NCBI RefSeq assembly: GCF_964213995.1
Contig: NW_027590182.1
Coordinates: 558,001-622,000 of the forward strand
Direction of reading: 5' to 3'
Length of the DNA stretch: 64,000 bases
Source of the DNA: Mustelus asterias
Taxonomy: Eukaryota
Shown: positions 11,073 to 23,107 of the stretch, piece after piece
Position numbering within the stretch: position 1 is the first letter of the stretch
Layout of the letters: each line of letters opens with the position of its first letter
The notes under the pieces: model-generated
The model's database searches: none
What the model saw: the letters and a program-made list of their open reading frames with translations, nothing else
What the model was told of the DNA's origin: nothing
Translations under genes and position numbers: made by a program

Positions 11073-12251
11073 ATGGAGAAACCATGGAAATGTGGGGACT
11101 GTGGGAAGGGATACAGAGCCCCATCTAAGCTGGAAGCTCATCGACGCAGCCACACTGGGGAGAGACCATTCACCTGCTCTCAATGTGGGAAGGGATTCAC
11201 TCGATTATCCCTCCTGCAGAGACACCAGCGAGTTCACACTGGAGAGAGGCCATTTTCCTGCTCTCAATGTGAGAAGGGATTCAGTCAGTTATCCGACCTG
11301 CAGAGACACCAGCGAGTTCACACTGGGGAGAGGCCGTTCACCTGCTCTCAGTGTGGGAAGGGATTCACTCAATTATCCACCCTGCGGACACATGAACGAG
11401 TTCACACTGGGGAGAGGCCATTCACCTGCTCTCAGTGTGGGAAAGGATTCATTCTGTTATCCAGCCTGCGGATACACCAGCGAGTTCACACTGGGGAGAA
11501 ACCATTCACCTGCTCTCAGTGTGGGAAGGGATTCATTCAGTTATCCAGCTTGCAGAAACACCAGCAAGTTCACACAGGAGAGAGGCCGTTCACCTGCTCT
11601 CAGTGTGGGAAGGGATTCATTCTGTTATCCCTCCTGCAGAGACACCAACGAGTTCACACTGGGGAGAGGCCATTCAACTGTTCTCAGTGTGGGAAGGGAT
11701 TCACGAACTCATCCATCCTGCGGACACACGAACGAGTTCACACTGGGGAGAGACCGTTCACCTGCTCTCAGTGTGGGAAGAGATTCACTCAGTCAGCCGA
11801 CCTGCAGAGACACCAGCTACGTCACACAAGGGAGAGGCCGTTCACCTGCTCTCAGTGTGGGAAGGGATTCATTCTGTTATCCAGCCTGCGAATACACCAG
11901 CGAGTTCACACTGGGGAGAAACCATTCATCTGCTCTCAGTGTGGGAAGGGATTCACTAACTCATCTGATCTGCGGACACACCAGCGAGTTCACACAGGGG
12001 AGAGGCCGTTCACCTGCTCTCAGTGTGGGAAGGGATTCACTCAGTCATCCCACCTGCAGAGACACCAGCGAGTTCACACTGGGGAGAGACCATTCAACTG
12101 TTCTCAGTGTGGGAAGGGATTCACTCAGTCATCCAACTTGCAGACACACCAGCGAGTTCACACTGGGGAGAGGCCATTCACCTGCTCTCAGTGTGGGAAG
12201 GGATTCAGAGTTTCATCCCACCTGCTGAGACACCAGCGAGTTCACGAGTGA
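11073..12251 (+). CDS. C2H2 zinc-finger protein, 14 fingers (unit G3)
   Basis: CACCATGG at 11073, 392 aa = 14 x 28; acceptor TTTTACAG|GATATT at about 10721. Confidence 0.9.
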   Translation: MEKPWKCGDCGKGYRAPSKLEAHRRSHTGERPFTCSQCGKGFTRLSLLQRHQRVHTGERPFSCSQCEKGFSQLSDLQRHQRVHTGERPFTCSQCGKGFTQLSTLRTHERVHTGERPFTCSQCGKGFILLSSLRIHQRVHTGEKPFTCSQCGKGFIQLSSLQKHQQVHTGERPFTCSQCGKGFILLSLLQRHQRVHTGERPFNCSQCGKGFTNSSILRTHERVHTGERPFTCSQCGKRFTQSADLQRHQLRHTRERPFTCSQCGKGFILLSSLRIHQRVHTGEKPFICSQCGKGFTNSSDLRTHQRVHTGERPFTCSQCGKGFTQSSHLQRHQRVHTGERPFNCSQCGKGFTQSSNLQTHQRVHTGERPFTCSQCGKGFRVSSHLLRHQRVHE

Positions 12252-12479
12252 TTCCAGAGGTTGGATTCTGCTGTTATTGTTTCTGCTCTCAATTACATCC
12301 AGGACTGCATTTTGTTCATTCTCACAGGTGGTCAATGGGGAGGGTCGGAGGGTTTCTTTCTGCTGGACTGGCCGGTCTCATGACTTTGCCTCCAGTGGGC
12401 TGATGCTCTTTGAGTCTTGTTGCAAATACATGGTTTTTAGATTTCACACGGATCACAGAGTGACAGGGTGTTAGGAAGT

Positions 12480-12750
12480 TATAGAGGTTTACAACATGGA
12501 AACAGGCCCTTCAGCCCAACTTGTCCATTCCGCTCAGTTTTTACCACTAAGCTAGTCCCAATTGCCCGTATTTTGCCCATATCCCTCTATACCCATCTTA
12601 CCCGTGTAACTGTCTAAATGCTTTTGAAAAGACAGTATTGTACCCACCTCTACCACTGCCTCTGGCAACTCGTTCCAGACACTCACCACGACCTGAGTGA
12701 AAAACTGCCCCTCTGGACCCTTTTGTATCTCTCTCCTCTCACCTGAAACC
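12480..12750 (-). mobile_element. CR1 3' fragment
   Basis: Similar to 17065-17335; tail gggctgaagggcctgtttccatgttg. Confidence 0.75.
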
Positions 12751-12794
12751 TCAAACTAAGAACAAGAAATGTATCGATAAAATGATTAGAGAAC

Positions 12795-12960
12795 AGAGCC
12801 AACGTTTTGAGTCTGGATGATGCTTCATGAGAGCTGTTATGAAGGGTCATCCAGTATTGAAACTTTGGCTCCATTCTTCACAGGTGCTGTCAGACCTACT
12901 GAGATTTTCCAGCATTTTGTGTTTTTGTTTCAGATTCCAGTATCTGCAGTATTTTACTCT
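12795..12960. mobile_element. Family B short repeat, head-to-head inverted pair with decayed hammerheads
   Basis: gagccaacgttttgagtctggatga...tcatccagtattgaaactttggctc inverted arms; paralogous to 33723-33865. Confidence 0.65.
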
Positions 12961-13156
12961 TCTGATGAAATGATTAGTTCTGATTGGAATCCCCATGACC
13001 CTCCTTCAAAACAGAGGGAGTGGTGGCAGAAGGAGAAAAATGATAAGGATGATAAAGTCTGGGTTCTGATTCTCCGAGCCCATGTAGAATTAACAAAATG
13101 AGTGAACCAGTTTATAAAGAACAGAAGTTACCCATCCCTAACTTACCCATCCCTAA

Positions 13157-16100
13157 GTAACTCCTAGAAATGAGGCTTGGGTCAATGCCAGGAGGAGGGG
13201 TAAGAAGCAATCGGGAAGACAATCCCCTGGGGCGGTTCCCCTCCATAATAGGTTTTCGGTGCTGGAGGCTACAGTTGAGGAGGAATCAACTGAGCATAGA
13301 GAGCAGATCTCTGGGGGTGAGCCGAGTGAGAAAGCTCAGGTGGTTAGGGACTGTAAAAGACTGGGCCTTGTGATTGGGGACTCCGCAATTAAGGGGACAG
13401 ATAGGAGGGTCGGAACTAAAGGTAGGGACTCAGGGTTGGTGTGTTGCCTACCAGGGGCTGGGGTCCGGGATGTGTCTGACAGGGTATTCAGGACTCTTAG
13501 GGGGAGGGAGATAAACCACAAGTTATTGTACATGTGGGGACACACGACATAGGGAGGATAGGGGAAGGGGATATTAGGCAGGGATTTATGGAGTTGGGGT
13601 GGAAACTAAAGGCCAAGACTGACAGAGTGGTTATCTCTGGACTCTTGCCTGTACCACGGGATAGTTTAGAGAGGAATAAGGAGAGGGAAGGTTTGAATTC
13701 ATGGCTGAGGGGATGGTGCAGGAGGGAGGGGTTCAGGTACTTAAGCAATTGGGGCTCGTACTGGGGAAGGTGTGACCTCTATGAGAAGGATGGTCTACAC
13801 CTTAATCAGAAGGGGACCAATATCCTGGGGGGTAAATTTGCTAAGGCCATGCAGGGAGGTTTAAACTGATTCGGGGGGGGGAGGGATCCTGAGTAGTGGG
13901 GCTGAAAGTGAGGGATGCATGGATGGGGACTGCAATGCACGGCATTGCAGAGGTGGGGTGGAGCAGGGTTTGAAATGTGTATACTTCAATGCCAGGAGTA
14001 TTCGCAATAAAGTGGGTGAACTTGCAGCGTGGATCAGTACCTGGGACTTCGATGTTGTGGCTATTTCAGAGACATGGATAGAGCAGGGGCAGGAATGGAT
14101 GCTGCAGGTCCCGGGGTTCAAATGTTTTAGTCGAAGTAGGGAAGGAGGTAGAAGAGGGGGAGGGGTAGCATTATTGGTCAGAGATTGTATCACAGTGTCA
14201 GAGAGGAGGTTTGATGAGGACTTATCTGTTGAGGTAGTATGGGCGGAGATTAGAAATAGGAGAGGAGAGGTCACCCTGTTGGGAGTCTTTTATAGACCTC
14301 CTAAAAGTTCTAGAGAGGTTGAGGAAAGGATTGCGGAGTCAATCCTGCTTAGGAGTGAAAGTAATAGGGCAATTGTTATGGGGGATTTTAACTTGACTAA
14401 TATTGACTGGAATTGTTATAGCTCTAGCTCGTTAGAGGGGTCAGTTTTTGTTCAAAGCGTGCAGGAAGGTTTTTTGACTCAGTATGTAGACAGGCCAACT
14501 AGAGGTGAGGCTATATTGGATCTGGTGCTGGGAAATGAGCCAGACCAGGTGCTAGACTTGGAAGTTGGTGTGCATTTTGGTGATAGTGACCACAATTCGG
14601 TTACGTTCACCTTAGTGATGGAAAGGGATAGGCATGAACCTCGGGCCAGTGGTTTTAGCTGGGGGAAGGGTAATTATGAGGCTATTAGGAGAGAATTAGG
14701 AAACATAGGTTGGACTAGGAGATTACAGGGACTGGGAACGTCCGACATGTGGAGTTTTTTCAAGGAGCAGCTACTGCGAGTCTGTGATAGGTATGTCCCT
14801 GTCAGGCAAGGAGGAATTGGTAGGGCTAGGGAACCGTGGTGCACCAAAAAAGTTTCTTTGTTGGTTAAAAAGAAAAAGGAGGCTTATGTTCGGATGAGAC
14901 GTGAGCACTCGGGTAGTGCACTAGAAAGCTTTAGATTGGCTAAGAGGGAGTTGAAGAGCGAGCTTAGAAGGGCTAAAAGGGGACATGAGAAGACTTTGGC
15001 GGATAGGGTTAAAGAGAATCCTAAGGCGTTCTATAGGTATGTCAAGAACAGAAGGTTGGTTAGGGCAAGTTTAGGGCCAGTTATAGATGGCAGAGGGAAG
15101 TTATGTGTGGAACCGGAGGAGATTGGTGAAGCATTGAACCAATATTTCTCTTCGGTGTTCACGCAAGGGGACATGAATATAGCTGAGGAGGACACTGGGT
15201 TGCAGGGGAGTAGAATAGACAGTATTACAGTTGATAAGGAGGATGTGCAGGATATTCTGGAGGGTCTGAAAATAGATAAATCCCCTGGTCCGGATGGGAT
15301 TTATCCAAGGATTCTCTGGGAGGCAAGAGAAGTGATTGCAGAGCCTCTGGCTCTGATCTTCAGGTCGTCGTTGGCCTCTGGTATAGTACCAGAAGATTGG
15401 AGGTTAGCGAATGTTGTCCCATTGTTTAAGAAGGGGAACAGAGACTTCCCCGGGAATTATAGACCGGTGAGTCTCACTTCTGTTGTCGGCAAGATGTTGG
15501 AAAAAATTATAAGGGATAGGATTTATAGTTATTTGGAGAGTAATGAATTGATAGGTGATAGTCAGCATGGTTTTGTGGCAGGTAGGTCGTGCCTTACTAA
15601 CCTTATTGAGTTTTTTGAGAAAGTGACCAAGGAGGTGGATGGGGGCAAGGCAGTGGACGTGGTATATATGGATTTTAGTAAGGCGTTTGATAAGGTTCAC
15701 CATGGTAGGCTTCTGCAGAAAATGCAGATGTATGGGATTGGGGGTGATCTAGGAAATTGGATCAGGAATTGGCTAGCGGATAGGAAACAGAGGGTGGTGG
15801 TTGATAGTAAATATTCATCATGGAGTGCGGTTACAAGTGGTGTACCTCAGGGATCTGTTTTGGGGCCACTGCTGTTTGTAATATTTATTAATGATCTGGA
15901 TGAGGGTATAGTTGGGTGGATTAGCAAATTTGCTGATGACACCAAAGTCGGTGGTGTGGTAGACAGTGAGGAAGGGTGTCGTAGTTTGCAGGAAGACTTA
16001 GACAGGTTGCAAAGTTGGGCCGAGAGGTGGCGGATGGAGTTTAATGCGGAGAAGTGTGAGGTAATTCACTTTGGTAGGAATAACAGATGTGTTGAGTATA

Positions 16101-16847
16101 GGGCTAACGGGAGGACTTTGAATAGTGTGGAGGAGCAGAGGGATCTAGGTGTATGTGTGCATAGATCCCTGAAAGTTGGGAATCAAGTAGATAAGGTTGT
16201 TAAGAAGGCATATGGTGTCTTGGCGTTTATTGGTAGGGGGATTGAATTTAGGAGTCGTAGCGTTATGTTGCAACTGTACACAACTCTGGTGCGGCCGCAC
16301 TTGGAGTACTGTGTGCAGTTCTGGTCCCCACATTACAGGAAGGATGTGGAGGCTTTGGAGAGGGTGCAGAGGAGGTTTACCAGGATGTTGCCTGGTATGG
16401 AGGGGAGATCCTATGAGGAGAGGCTGAGGGATTTGGGATTGTTTTCGCTGGAAAGGCGGCGGCTAAGAGGGGATCTTATTGAAACATATAAGATGATTAG
16501 AGGTTTAGATAGGGTGGATAGTGATAGCCTTTTTCCTCTGATGGAGAAATCCAGCACGAGGGGGCATGGCTTTAAATTGAGGGGGGGTAGTTATAGAACC
16601 GATGTCAGGGGTAGGTTCTTTACCCAGAGGGTGGTGAGGGATTGGAATGCCCTGCCAGCATCAGTAGTAAATGCGCCTAGTTTGGGGGCGTTTAAGAGAT
16701 CCGTAGATAGGTTCATGGACGAAAAGAAATTGGTTTAGGTTGGAGGGTCACAGTTTTTTTTTTTTTTTTTTTACTGGTCGGTGCAACATCGTGGGCCGAA
16801 GGGCCTGTTCTGCGCTGTAATGTTCTATGTTCTATGTTCTATGTTCT
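13157..16847 (+). mobile_element. CR1 LINE #1, 5'-truncated, frameshifted ORF1 (SGNH esterase), intact ORF2
   Basis: IGDS esterase motif in ORF1 pieces; (ATGTTCT)n tail; empty paralogous site at 34038-34065. Confidence 0.95.
13919..16738 (+). CDS. CR1 ORF2: APE endonuclease plus reverse transcriptase
   Basis: YFNARSI, ISETW, MGDFN, SDHN (APE); [21 protein letters not shown] (RT). Confidence 0.95.
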   Translation: MDGDCNARHCRGGVEQGLKCVYFNARSIRNKVGELAAWISTWDFDVVAISETWIEQGQEWMLQVPGFKCFSRSREGGRRGGGVALLVRDCITVSERRFDEDLSVEVVWAEIRNRRGEVTLLGVFYRPPKSSREVEERIAESILLRSESNRAIVMGDFNLTNIDWNCYSSSSLEGSVFVQSVQEGFLTQYVDRPTRGEAILDLVLGNEPDQVLDLEVGVHFGDSDHNSVTFTLVMERDRHEPRASGFSWGKGNYEAIRRELGNIGWTRRLQGLGTSDMWSFFKEQLLRVCDRYVPVRQGGIGRAREPWCTKKVSLLVKKKKEAYVRMRREHSGSALESFRLAKRELKSELRRAKRGHEKTLADRVKENPKAFYRYVKNRRLVRASLGPVIDGRGKLCVEPEEIGEALNQYFSSVFTQGDMNIAEEDTGLQGSRIDSITVDKEDVQDILEGLKIDKSPGPDGIYPRILWEAREVIAEPLALIFRSSLASGIVPEDWRLANVVPLFKKGNRDFPGNYRPVSLTSVVGKMLEKIIRDRIYSYLESNELIGDSQHGFVAGRSCLTNLIEFFEKVTKEVDGGKAVDVVYMDFSKAFDKVHHGRLLQKMQMYGIGGDLGNWIRNWLADRKQRVVVDSKYSSWSAVTSGVPQGSVLGPLLFVIFINDLDEGIVGWISKFADDTKVGGVVDSEEGCRSLQEDLDRLQSWAERWRMEFNAEKCEVIHFGRNNRCVEYRANGRTLNSVEEQRDLGVCVHRSLKVGNQVDKVVKKAYGVLAFIGRGIEFRSRSVMLQLYTTLVRPHLEYCVQFWSPHYRKDVEALERVQRRFTRMLPGMEGRSYEERLRDLGLFSLERRRLRGDLIETYKMIRGLDRVDSDSLFPLMEKSSTRGHGFKLRGGSYRTDVRGRFFTQRVVRDWNALPASVVNAPSLGAFKRSVDRFMDEKKLV

Positions 16848-17056
16848 AACAAAAACTGATCAAATTAAAATAATTAGGTTGAGGAAGAGAACAAAAGAAT
16901 TCATAGATAAAGTTTAAAATCAACTTTGTTTTGTTGTTAGAGAAGTTTTTAAAAATTATGTAAAGTGATGTAACTGTGTGCCAAGTTTCTTCTCACTCCC
17001 CACCCCTTTCGGTTCTGTAGAAAAGTTAACCCTTTCAGCAGACAGTTGATTTAGTC

Positions 17057-19752
17057 ATGGAGTCATAGAGGTTTCCAGCTTGGAAACGGGCCCTTCAGCC
17101 CAACTTGTCCATGCCGCCCCTTTTTTAACCCCTGTGCTCATCCCAATTGTCCACGTTTGGCCCATATCCCTCGACACCCATCTTACCCATGTAACTGTCT
17201 AAACGCTTTTTAAAAGACAAAATTGTACCTGCCTCTACTACTACCTCTGGCACCTTTTTCCAGACACTCACCACCCTCTGTGTGAAACAAGTGCCCCTCT
17301 GGACCCTTCTGTATCTCTCCCCTCTCACCTTAAACCTATGCCCTCTAGTTTTAGACTCCCCTACCTTTGGGAAAAGATATTGACTATCTAGCTGATCTAT
17401 GCCCCTCATTATTTTATAGACCTCTATAAGTTCACCCCTAAGCCTCCTACATTCCAGGGAAAAAGTCCCAGTCTATCCAGCCTCTCTTTATAACTCAAAT
17501 CATCAAGTCCCGGTAGCATCCTAATAAATCTTTTCTGCACTCTTTCTAGTTTAATAATATCCTTTCTATCATAGGGTGACCAGAACTGTACACAGTATTC
17601 CAAGTGTGGCCTTACCAATGTCTTGTAAAACTTCAACAAGACATTCGAACTCCTGTATTCAATGTTCTGACCAACATGCAGAATGCCTTCTTCACCACTC
17701 TGTCCACCTGCAACTCCATTTTCAAGGAGCTATGTACCTGTACCCCTAGATTTCTGTTCTGTAACTCTCCCCAACACCCTACCATTAACGGAGTAAGTCC
17801 TGTCCTGGTTCGATCGCCCAAAATGTATTACCTCGCATTTATCTAAATTAAACTCCATCTGCCATTCGTCAGCCCACTGGTCCAATTGATCAAGATCGCG
17901 CTACAATCCTAGATAGCCTTCTCCACTGTCCACGATGCCACCAACTTTGGTGTCATCTGAAAACTTACTAACCATGCCTCCTACATTCTCATCCAAATCA
18001 TTAATATAAATGACAAATAACAGTGGACCCAGCACCGATCCTTGAGGCACACCGCTGGTCACAGGCTCCAGTTTGAAAAACATCCTTCTACAACCACCCT
18101 CTGTCTTCTGTCATCAAGCCAGTTTTGTATCCATTTGGCTAACTCACCCTGGATTTCATTAGATTTAACCTTAAGCAACAATCTACCACGCGATACCTTG
18201 TCAAAGGCCTTTCTAAAGTCCATGTAGACAGCATCACCTGTACTGCCCTCATCTACCTTCTTGGTTACCCCTTCAAAAAACTCAATCAAATTTGTGAGAC
18301 ATGATTTTCCACTCACAAAGCCATGCTGACCGTCCCTAATCAGTCCTTGTGTCTCCAAATGCTTGTAGATCCTGTCTCTCAAATACCTTCTGACAACTTA
18401 CAGATGTGAATCACACCGCCCTTTAGTTCCCAGGCTTTTCCCTGCAGCCCTTTTTAAACAAAGGCTCCACATTTGCCACCCTCCAATCTTTAGGCACCTC
18501 ACCTGTGACTATCGATGATTCAAATATCTCTGCTAGGAGACCCGCAATTTCCTCCCTCGCCTCCCACAGTGTTCTGGGATACACTTCATCAGGTCCCGGG
18601 GATTTATCTACCTTGATGCGCTTTATGACTTCCAGCATCTCCTTCTCTGTTATAAGTACACTTCTCAAGACATCACTTTATTTCCCCAAGTTCCCTAACA
18701 TCCATGCTTTTCTCAGCAATAAATAATGATGAAAAATATTCATTTATGATCTCACCCATCTCTTGTGGATCCGCACATAGATGACCTTGTTGATCCTTAA
18801 GAGGCCCTACTCTCTACCTAGTTACTCTTTGGCACTTTATGTATTTATAGAACCTCTTTGGATTATCCTTTGCCTTATCTGCCAAAACAATCTCGTGTCC
18901 CCTTTTTGCCCTCCTGATTTCTCTCTTAATTCTACTCCTACACCCTCTATATTCTTCAAGGGATCCCAGCTGCCTATGCATGTCATGTGCCTCCTTCTTC
19001 TTGATGAGGGCCTCAATATCTCGAGTCATCCAGGGTTCCTGACTTCTACCAGCCTTGCCCTTCACTCTAAGAGCAATGTGCTTATCCTGAACACTGGTTA
19101 AAACACTTTTGAAAGCCTCCCACTTTCCAGACGTCCCTTTGCCTTCCCACAGACTCCCCCAGTTAACTGTCGAAAGTTCCTGCCTGATACCATCAACATT
19201 GGCCTTGCCCTAATTTAGAATTTTAACTTTTGGACCTGACCAATCATTTTCCATAGGTATCTTAAAACTAATGGAATTATGGTCACTGGTCCCAAAGTGA
19301 TCCCTCACTCACACTTCTATCACCTGCCCTTCCTTATTTCCCAAGAGGAGGTGAAGTTTTGCCCCTCTCTAGTCGGGCCATCCACATACTGAATGAGAAA
19401 TTCCTCCTGAATACACTCAACAAATTTCTCCCCATCCAAGCCTCGAATACTATGTCTGTCCCAGTCAATGTTGGGAAAGTTAAAATCCCCGACTATTACC
19501 ACCCTATTTTTCTTGGAACTATCTGTAATCTCCTTACATATTTGCTCCTCAATTTCCCACCGACTATTTGGGGGCCTATAGTACAACCCTATCAAAGTGA
19601 TTTCCCCCTTCTTATTTCTCAGTTCACCCCTTTTGACTCAGTGGGCGAACCCTCGGATATGTCCCCTCTCAGTACTGCCGTGATGTTTTCCTGAATCAAA
19701 AGTGCAACTCCCCCTCCTTTCTTTTCTCCTGTTCTATCTTTCCTATGGCATC
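17057..19752 (-). mobile_element. Older decayed CR1 LINE (ORF2 fragments)
   Basis: Consecutive broken minus-strand ORFs with APE and RT motifs ([31 protein letters not shown]). Confidence 0.9.
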
Positions 19753-20805
19753 TTGTTTTTAACTTGTTTTTAAATCACCCAGAAACTCGTGTCTATTTTA
19801 GTTTATAATTGTGGATTTATTGGAGCCAGTTAAATGTGGAAATTTTAAGCGTAGCCTGGAGGAATTTGGAATAACTGAGAATTTTATATTGTTGTCACCT
19901 CAACCCCAGGTAAAGAACAAAGAGATTGCAGGTGGTAACGTGTTTGGGATTTTAAATTAACAAAGATTAGATGTTGCTGATAAAATGGCTTAAAAAGGGT
20001 TAAGTTATAATGAAGGATCTTGGATCTTATTTTAATCAAGGAGTTGTGAGCTTGTAGTGCTCTATCACTTTAAGAAGCTATCACTGCGAGAGAGAATGCT
20101 GAGGATTCATTGACTGAAATTTACGAGCTGTGAGAATCTGTGTGTTTCATTTGTTTTCTGTGGATGTTTGTAGATGTGTTTTATAATTGTTTTGGGCTAC
20201 ATTTGTTAAGTTTTATCTTTCTGGGGAATTAACCTTACCTTGAGTCTTTGATTAAAGGCATTTTTGGAAGTTTTAAAAACAGAATCACAAGAACGCTTAA
20301 GTAATTAATTTTGGTTATTGTTGTTGTAAAGCACATGCTAAGTTTCTCTGTTTGTGTATGGATGATATTTGTGGGTTGAATGCTTCAGGCTTTGAGTTTT
20401 TCTGTCTGTGATTTAAGTCAAACATTTAAAAAAGGAAGTGTAATTAATAAAATGTTTTTTTTCAAAAGTTATGAACTTGGAGCCATATTTACTGGACAGA
20501 GACATGTTTCCAGGATATTTTACTAAACATGCAGGAATTTTAATCCGGATAAAACTCACATGTGAGAATGAGAGTTTTAATTTGTAATGGTTATTTAAAA
20601 TTTGGTACATATGAAATGATTCTGACCAGTCCTGTGTTGGATTGATCTTGGGTTAAACTTCCTGTCAGGTCCAAAGATTTATTCCTGACACAATTAACAC
20701 AATGAAAAGGAAAATTCTGGCATTGGATACTGAAGAACAGAGTTTAAAAGGAGAGATTATTAAATAGAAATGATTCCCAGACCGTGTGGTCATTAGATTG
20801 AAACA

Positions 20806-21594
20806 AGTTTAATGCGGAGAAGTGTGAGGTAATTCACTTTGGTAGGAATAACAGATGTGTTGAGTATAGGGCTAACGGGAGGACTTTGAATAGTGTGGAG
20901 GAGCAGAGGGATCTAGGTGTATGTGTGCATAGATCCCTGAAAGTTGGGAATCAAGTAGATAAGGTTGTTAAGAAGGCATATGGTGTCTTGGCGTTTATTG
21001 GTAGGGGGATTGAATTTAGGAGTCGTAGCGTTATGTTGCAACTGTACACAACTCTGGTGCGGCCGCACTTGGAGTACTGTGTGCAGTTCTGGTCCCCACA
21101 TTACAGGAAGGATGTGGAGGCTTTGGAGAGGGTGCAGAGGAGGTTTACCAGGATGTTGCCTGGTATGGAGGGGAGATCCTATGAGGAGAGGCTGAGGGAT
21201 TTGGGATTGTTTTCGCTGGAAAGGCGGCGGCTAAGAGGGGATCTTATTGAAACATATAAGATGATTAGAGGTTTAGATAGGGTGGATAGTGATAGCCTTT
21301 TTCCTCTGATGGAGAAATCCAGCACGAGGGGGCATGGCTTTAAATTGAGGGGGGGTAGTTATAGAACCGATGTCAGGGGTAGGTTCTTTACCCAGAGGGT
21401 GGTGAGGGATTGGAATGCCCTGCCAGCATCAGTTGTAAATGCGCCTAGTTTGGGGGCGTTTAAGAGATCCGTAGATAGGTTCATGGACGAAAAGAAATTG
21501 GTTTAGGTTGGAGGGTCACAGTTTTTTTTTAACTGGTCGGTGCAACATCGTGGGCCGAAGGGCCTGTTCTGCGCTGTAATGTTCTATGTTCTAT
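20806..21594 (+). mobile_element. 5'-truncated CR1, near-identical to CR1 #1
   Basis: Matches 16038-16834; the 206-aa piece is identical apart from its alternative start; one synonymous change and a poly-T length difference seen. Confidence 0.95.
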
Positions 21595-21998
21595 AAAGGA
21601 AGGGTGCTGACATCCATTTGAGAACTTTTAATCCACCCCTTTTCAAACTCAGTCTATGTACAAAGAAAACCCCAAGGATGGTAGATAAGGGGGTCTGGAA
21701 AACATCATGATGGGGGCACCTATCTGTTCATGAGATGCTGACAAAGCCCCATGATGCCCAGATACTAATTTAATTGCACCTCTATGTAATGTATGTAATC
21801 TATCACCATTCTGATTGGATTGTGTCCAGCTGGGATGGACTAAGTAACTGCATAAGAATTGATCATATTCTTTATTGGGTGGAGTTGCACGTGGTCAGCC
21901 CCTGTGGCTTCTCCCCGCTGGCCCAGCTCAATAAACTGTTTGTCGATTGAATCAGGTTTGAGTGTTGAATGATTCTTCTGAGTTCATTCCCCCCAACA
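21595..21998 (+). mobile_element. LTR-like segment (possibly starting near 20635, interrupted by CR1)
   Basis: AATAAA at 21930, ends CCAACA, possible TGTTGG start at 20635; no clear TSD. Confidence 0.35.
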
Positions 21999-22009
21999 CA
22001 CTGGGTACA

Positions 22010-22150
22010 TTACCACTTCATCCATGGGAGTGGCCTGATAGGCCGTGGTCCAGACTACATGTGGCCCTTGGGGGGCCTTTCATGAATCACATGTGTTTGC
22101 TTATTGTAGATGCACATTCAAAATGCTTGGAAGCACAGATCATGAGTAAT
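22010..22150 (+). mobile_element. Ty3/Gypsy integrase relic
   Basis: PLHPWEWPDRPWSRLHVALGGPF...LLIVDAHSK resembles the start of the Gypsy integrase core. Confidence 0.7.
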
Positions 22151-22821
22151 ATTACAGGGCAATTAGGACTAGTTTAGTGGTAAAAACTGGGCGGCATGGA
22201 CAAGTTGGGCCGAAAGGCCTGTTTCCATGCTGTAAACCTCTATGACTCTAACTACCTTTTTTGTGCCCTGAAGTTCCCACAATTGGAAAGCAGCCAGATT
22301 AGTTAAATAGACAGCCTTAATTGTGAGACAATTAAATAATAAATGATTCATTAATACATATGTTATAAAGGCTGGAAATGTAAATTTGAACACAAGTTTA
22401 TAACTTAGAATTATAAACACATTAAGAATGGTTAAAATGCTGTGGGAATTATCAGATGTTCCCTTCCCATGCTGACAGAATAAAGAAAGATGAAAGGACT
22501 TGTTAACCTTGACCGGAGGGAATGAATCGGCTCCTGTTCAAGATGTCTCACCATTGAATGACTGATGTGAACCAATTATCGGTTGACCCAATTATCAGGC
22601 TACCCCAAGCTAAGAGATATCGTCTGAGAGAAAGATATGTCTTAAAATTAAGACAATATGTGCAATTAGCTAAAAACCAAATCAATTTCATTATTGACAA
22701 GTTATAGACCAATTCACTAATTCCTAACAATTAGCTGAGCTGGGCTTTCTACATTTTGAAAGTATAAAAAAGGGATTCGAGAAACCAATTCAGTAAAAGT
22801 GTTTAAAAGTTAACTTTTTTT

Positions 22822-23107
22822 ATCGTTTGTTTATTAATGTCACACATAGACTTACATTAACATTGCAATGAAGTTACTCTGAAAATCCCCCAGTCGCCAC
22901 ACTCTGGTGCCTGTTCGGGTAAACTGAGGGAGAATTTAGCATGGCCAATGTACCCAACCAGCACGTCTTTCGGACTGTGGGAGGAAACTGGAGCACCCGG
23001 AGGAAACCTGCACAGACACGGGGAGAATGGGCGAACTCTGCACAGCCAGTGACCCAAGCCAGGACTCGAACCCTCTGCTGTGAGGCAGCAGTGCCTCACA
23101 CTGTGCC
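22822..23107 (-). mobile_element. V-SINE variant with a different 3' tail
   Basis: V-domain reverse complement; tail ttcattgcaatgttaatgtaag shared with 27478-27733. Confidence 0.75.

Noticed and set aside
11017-12228. Long alternative-frame ORFs over ZF arrays ([10 protein letters not shown] repeats; also 34..999 and 31587..32210)
   Set aside because: Expected shadow frames of a homogeneous 84-bp repeat lacking stops; no independent evidence of translation.
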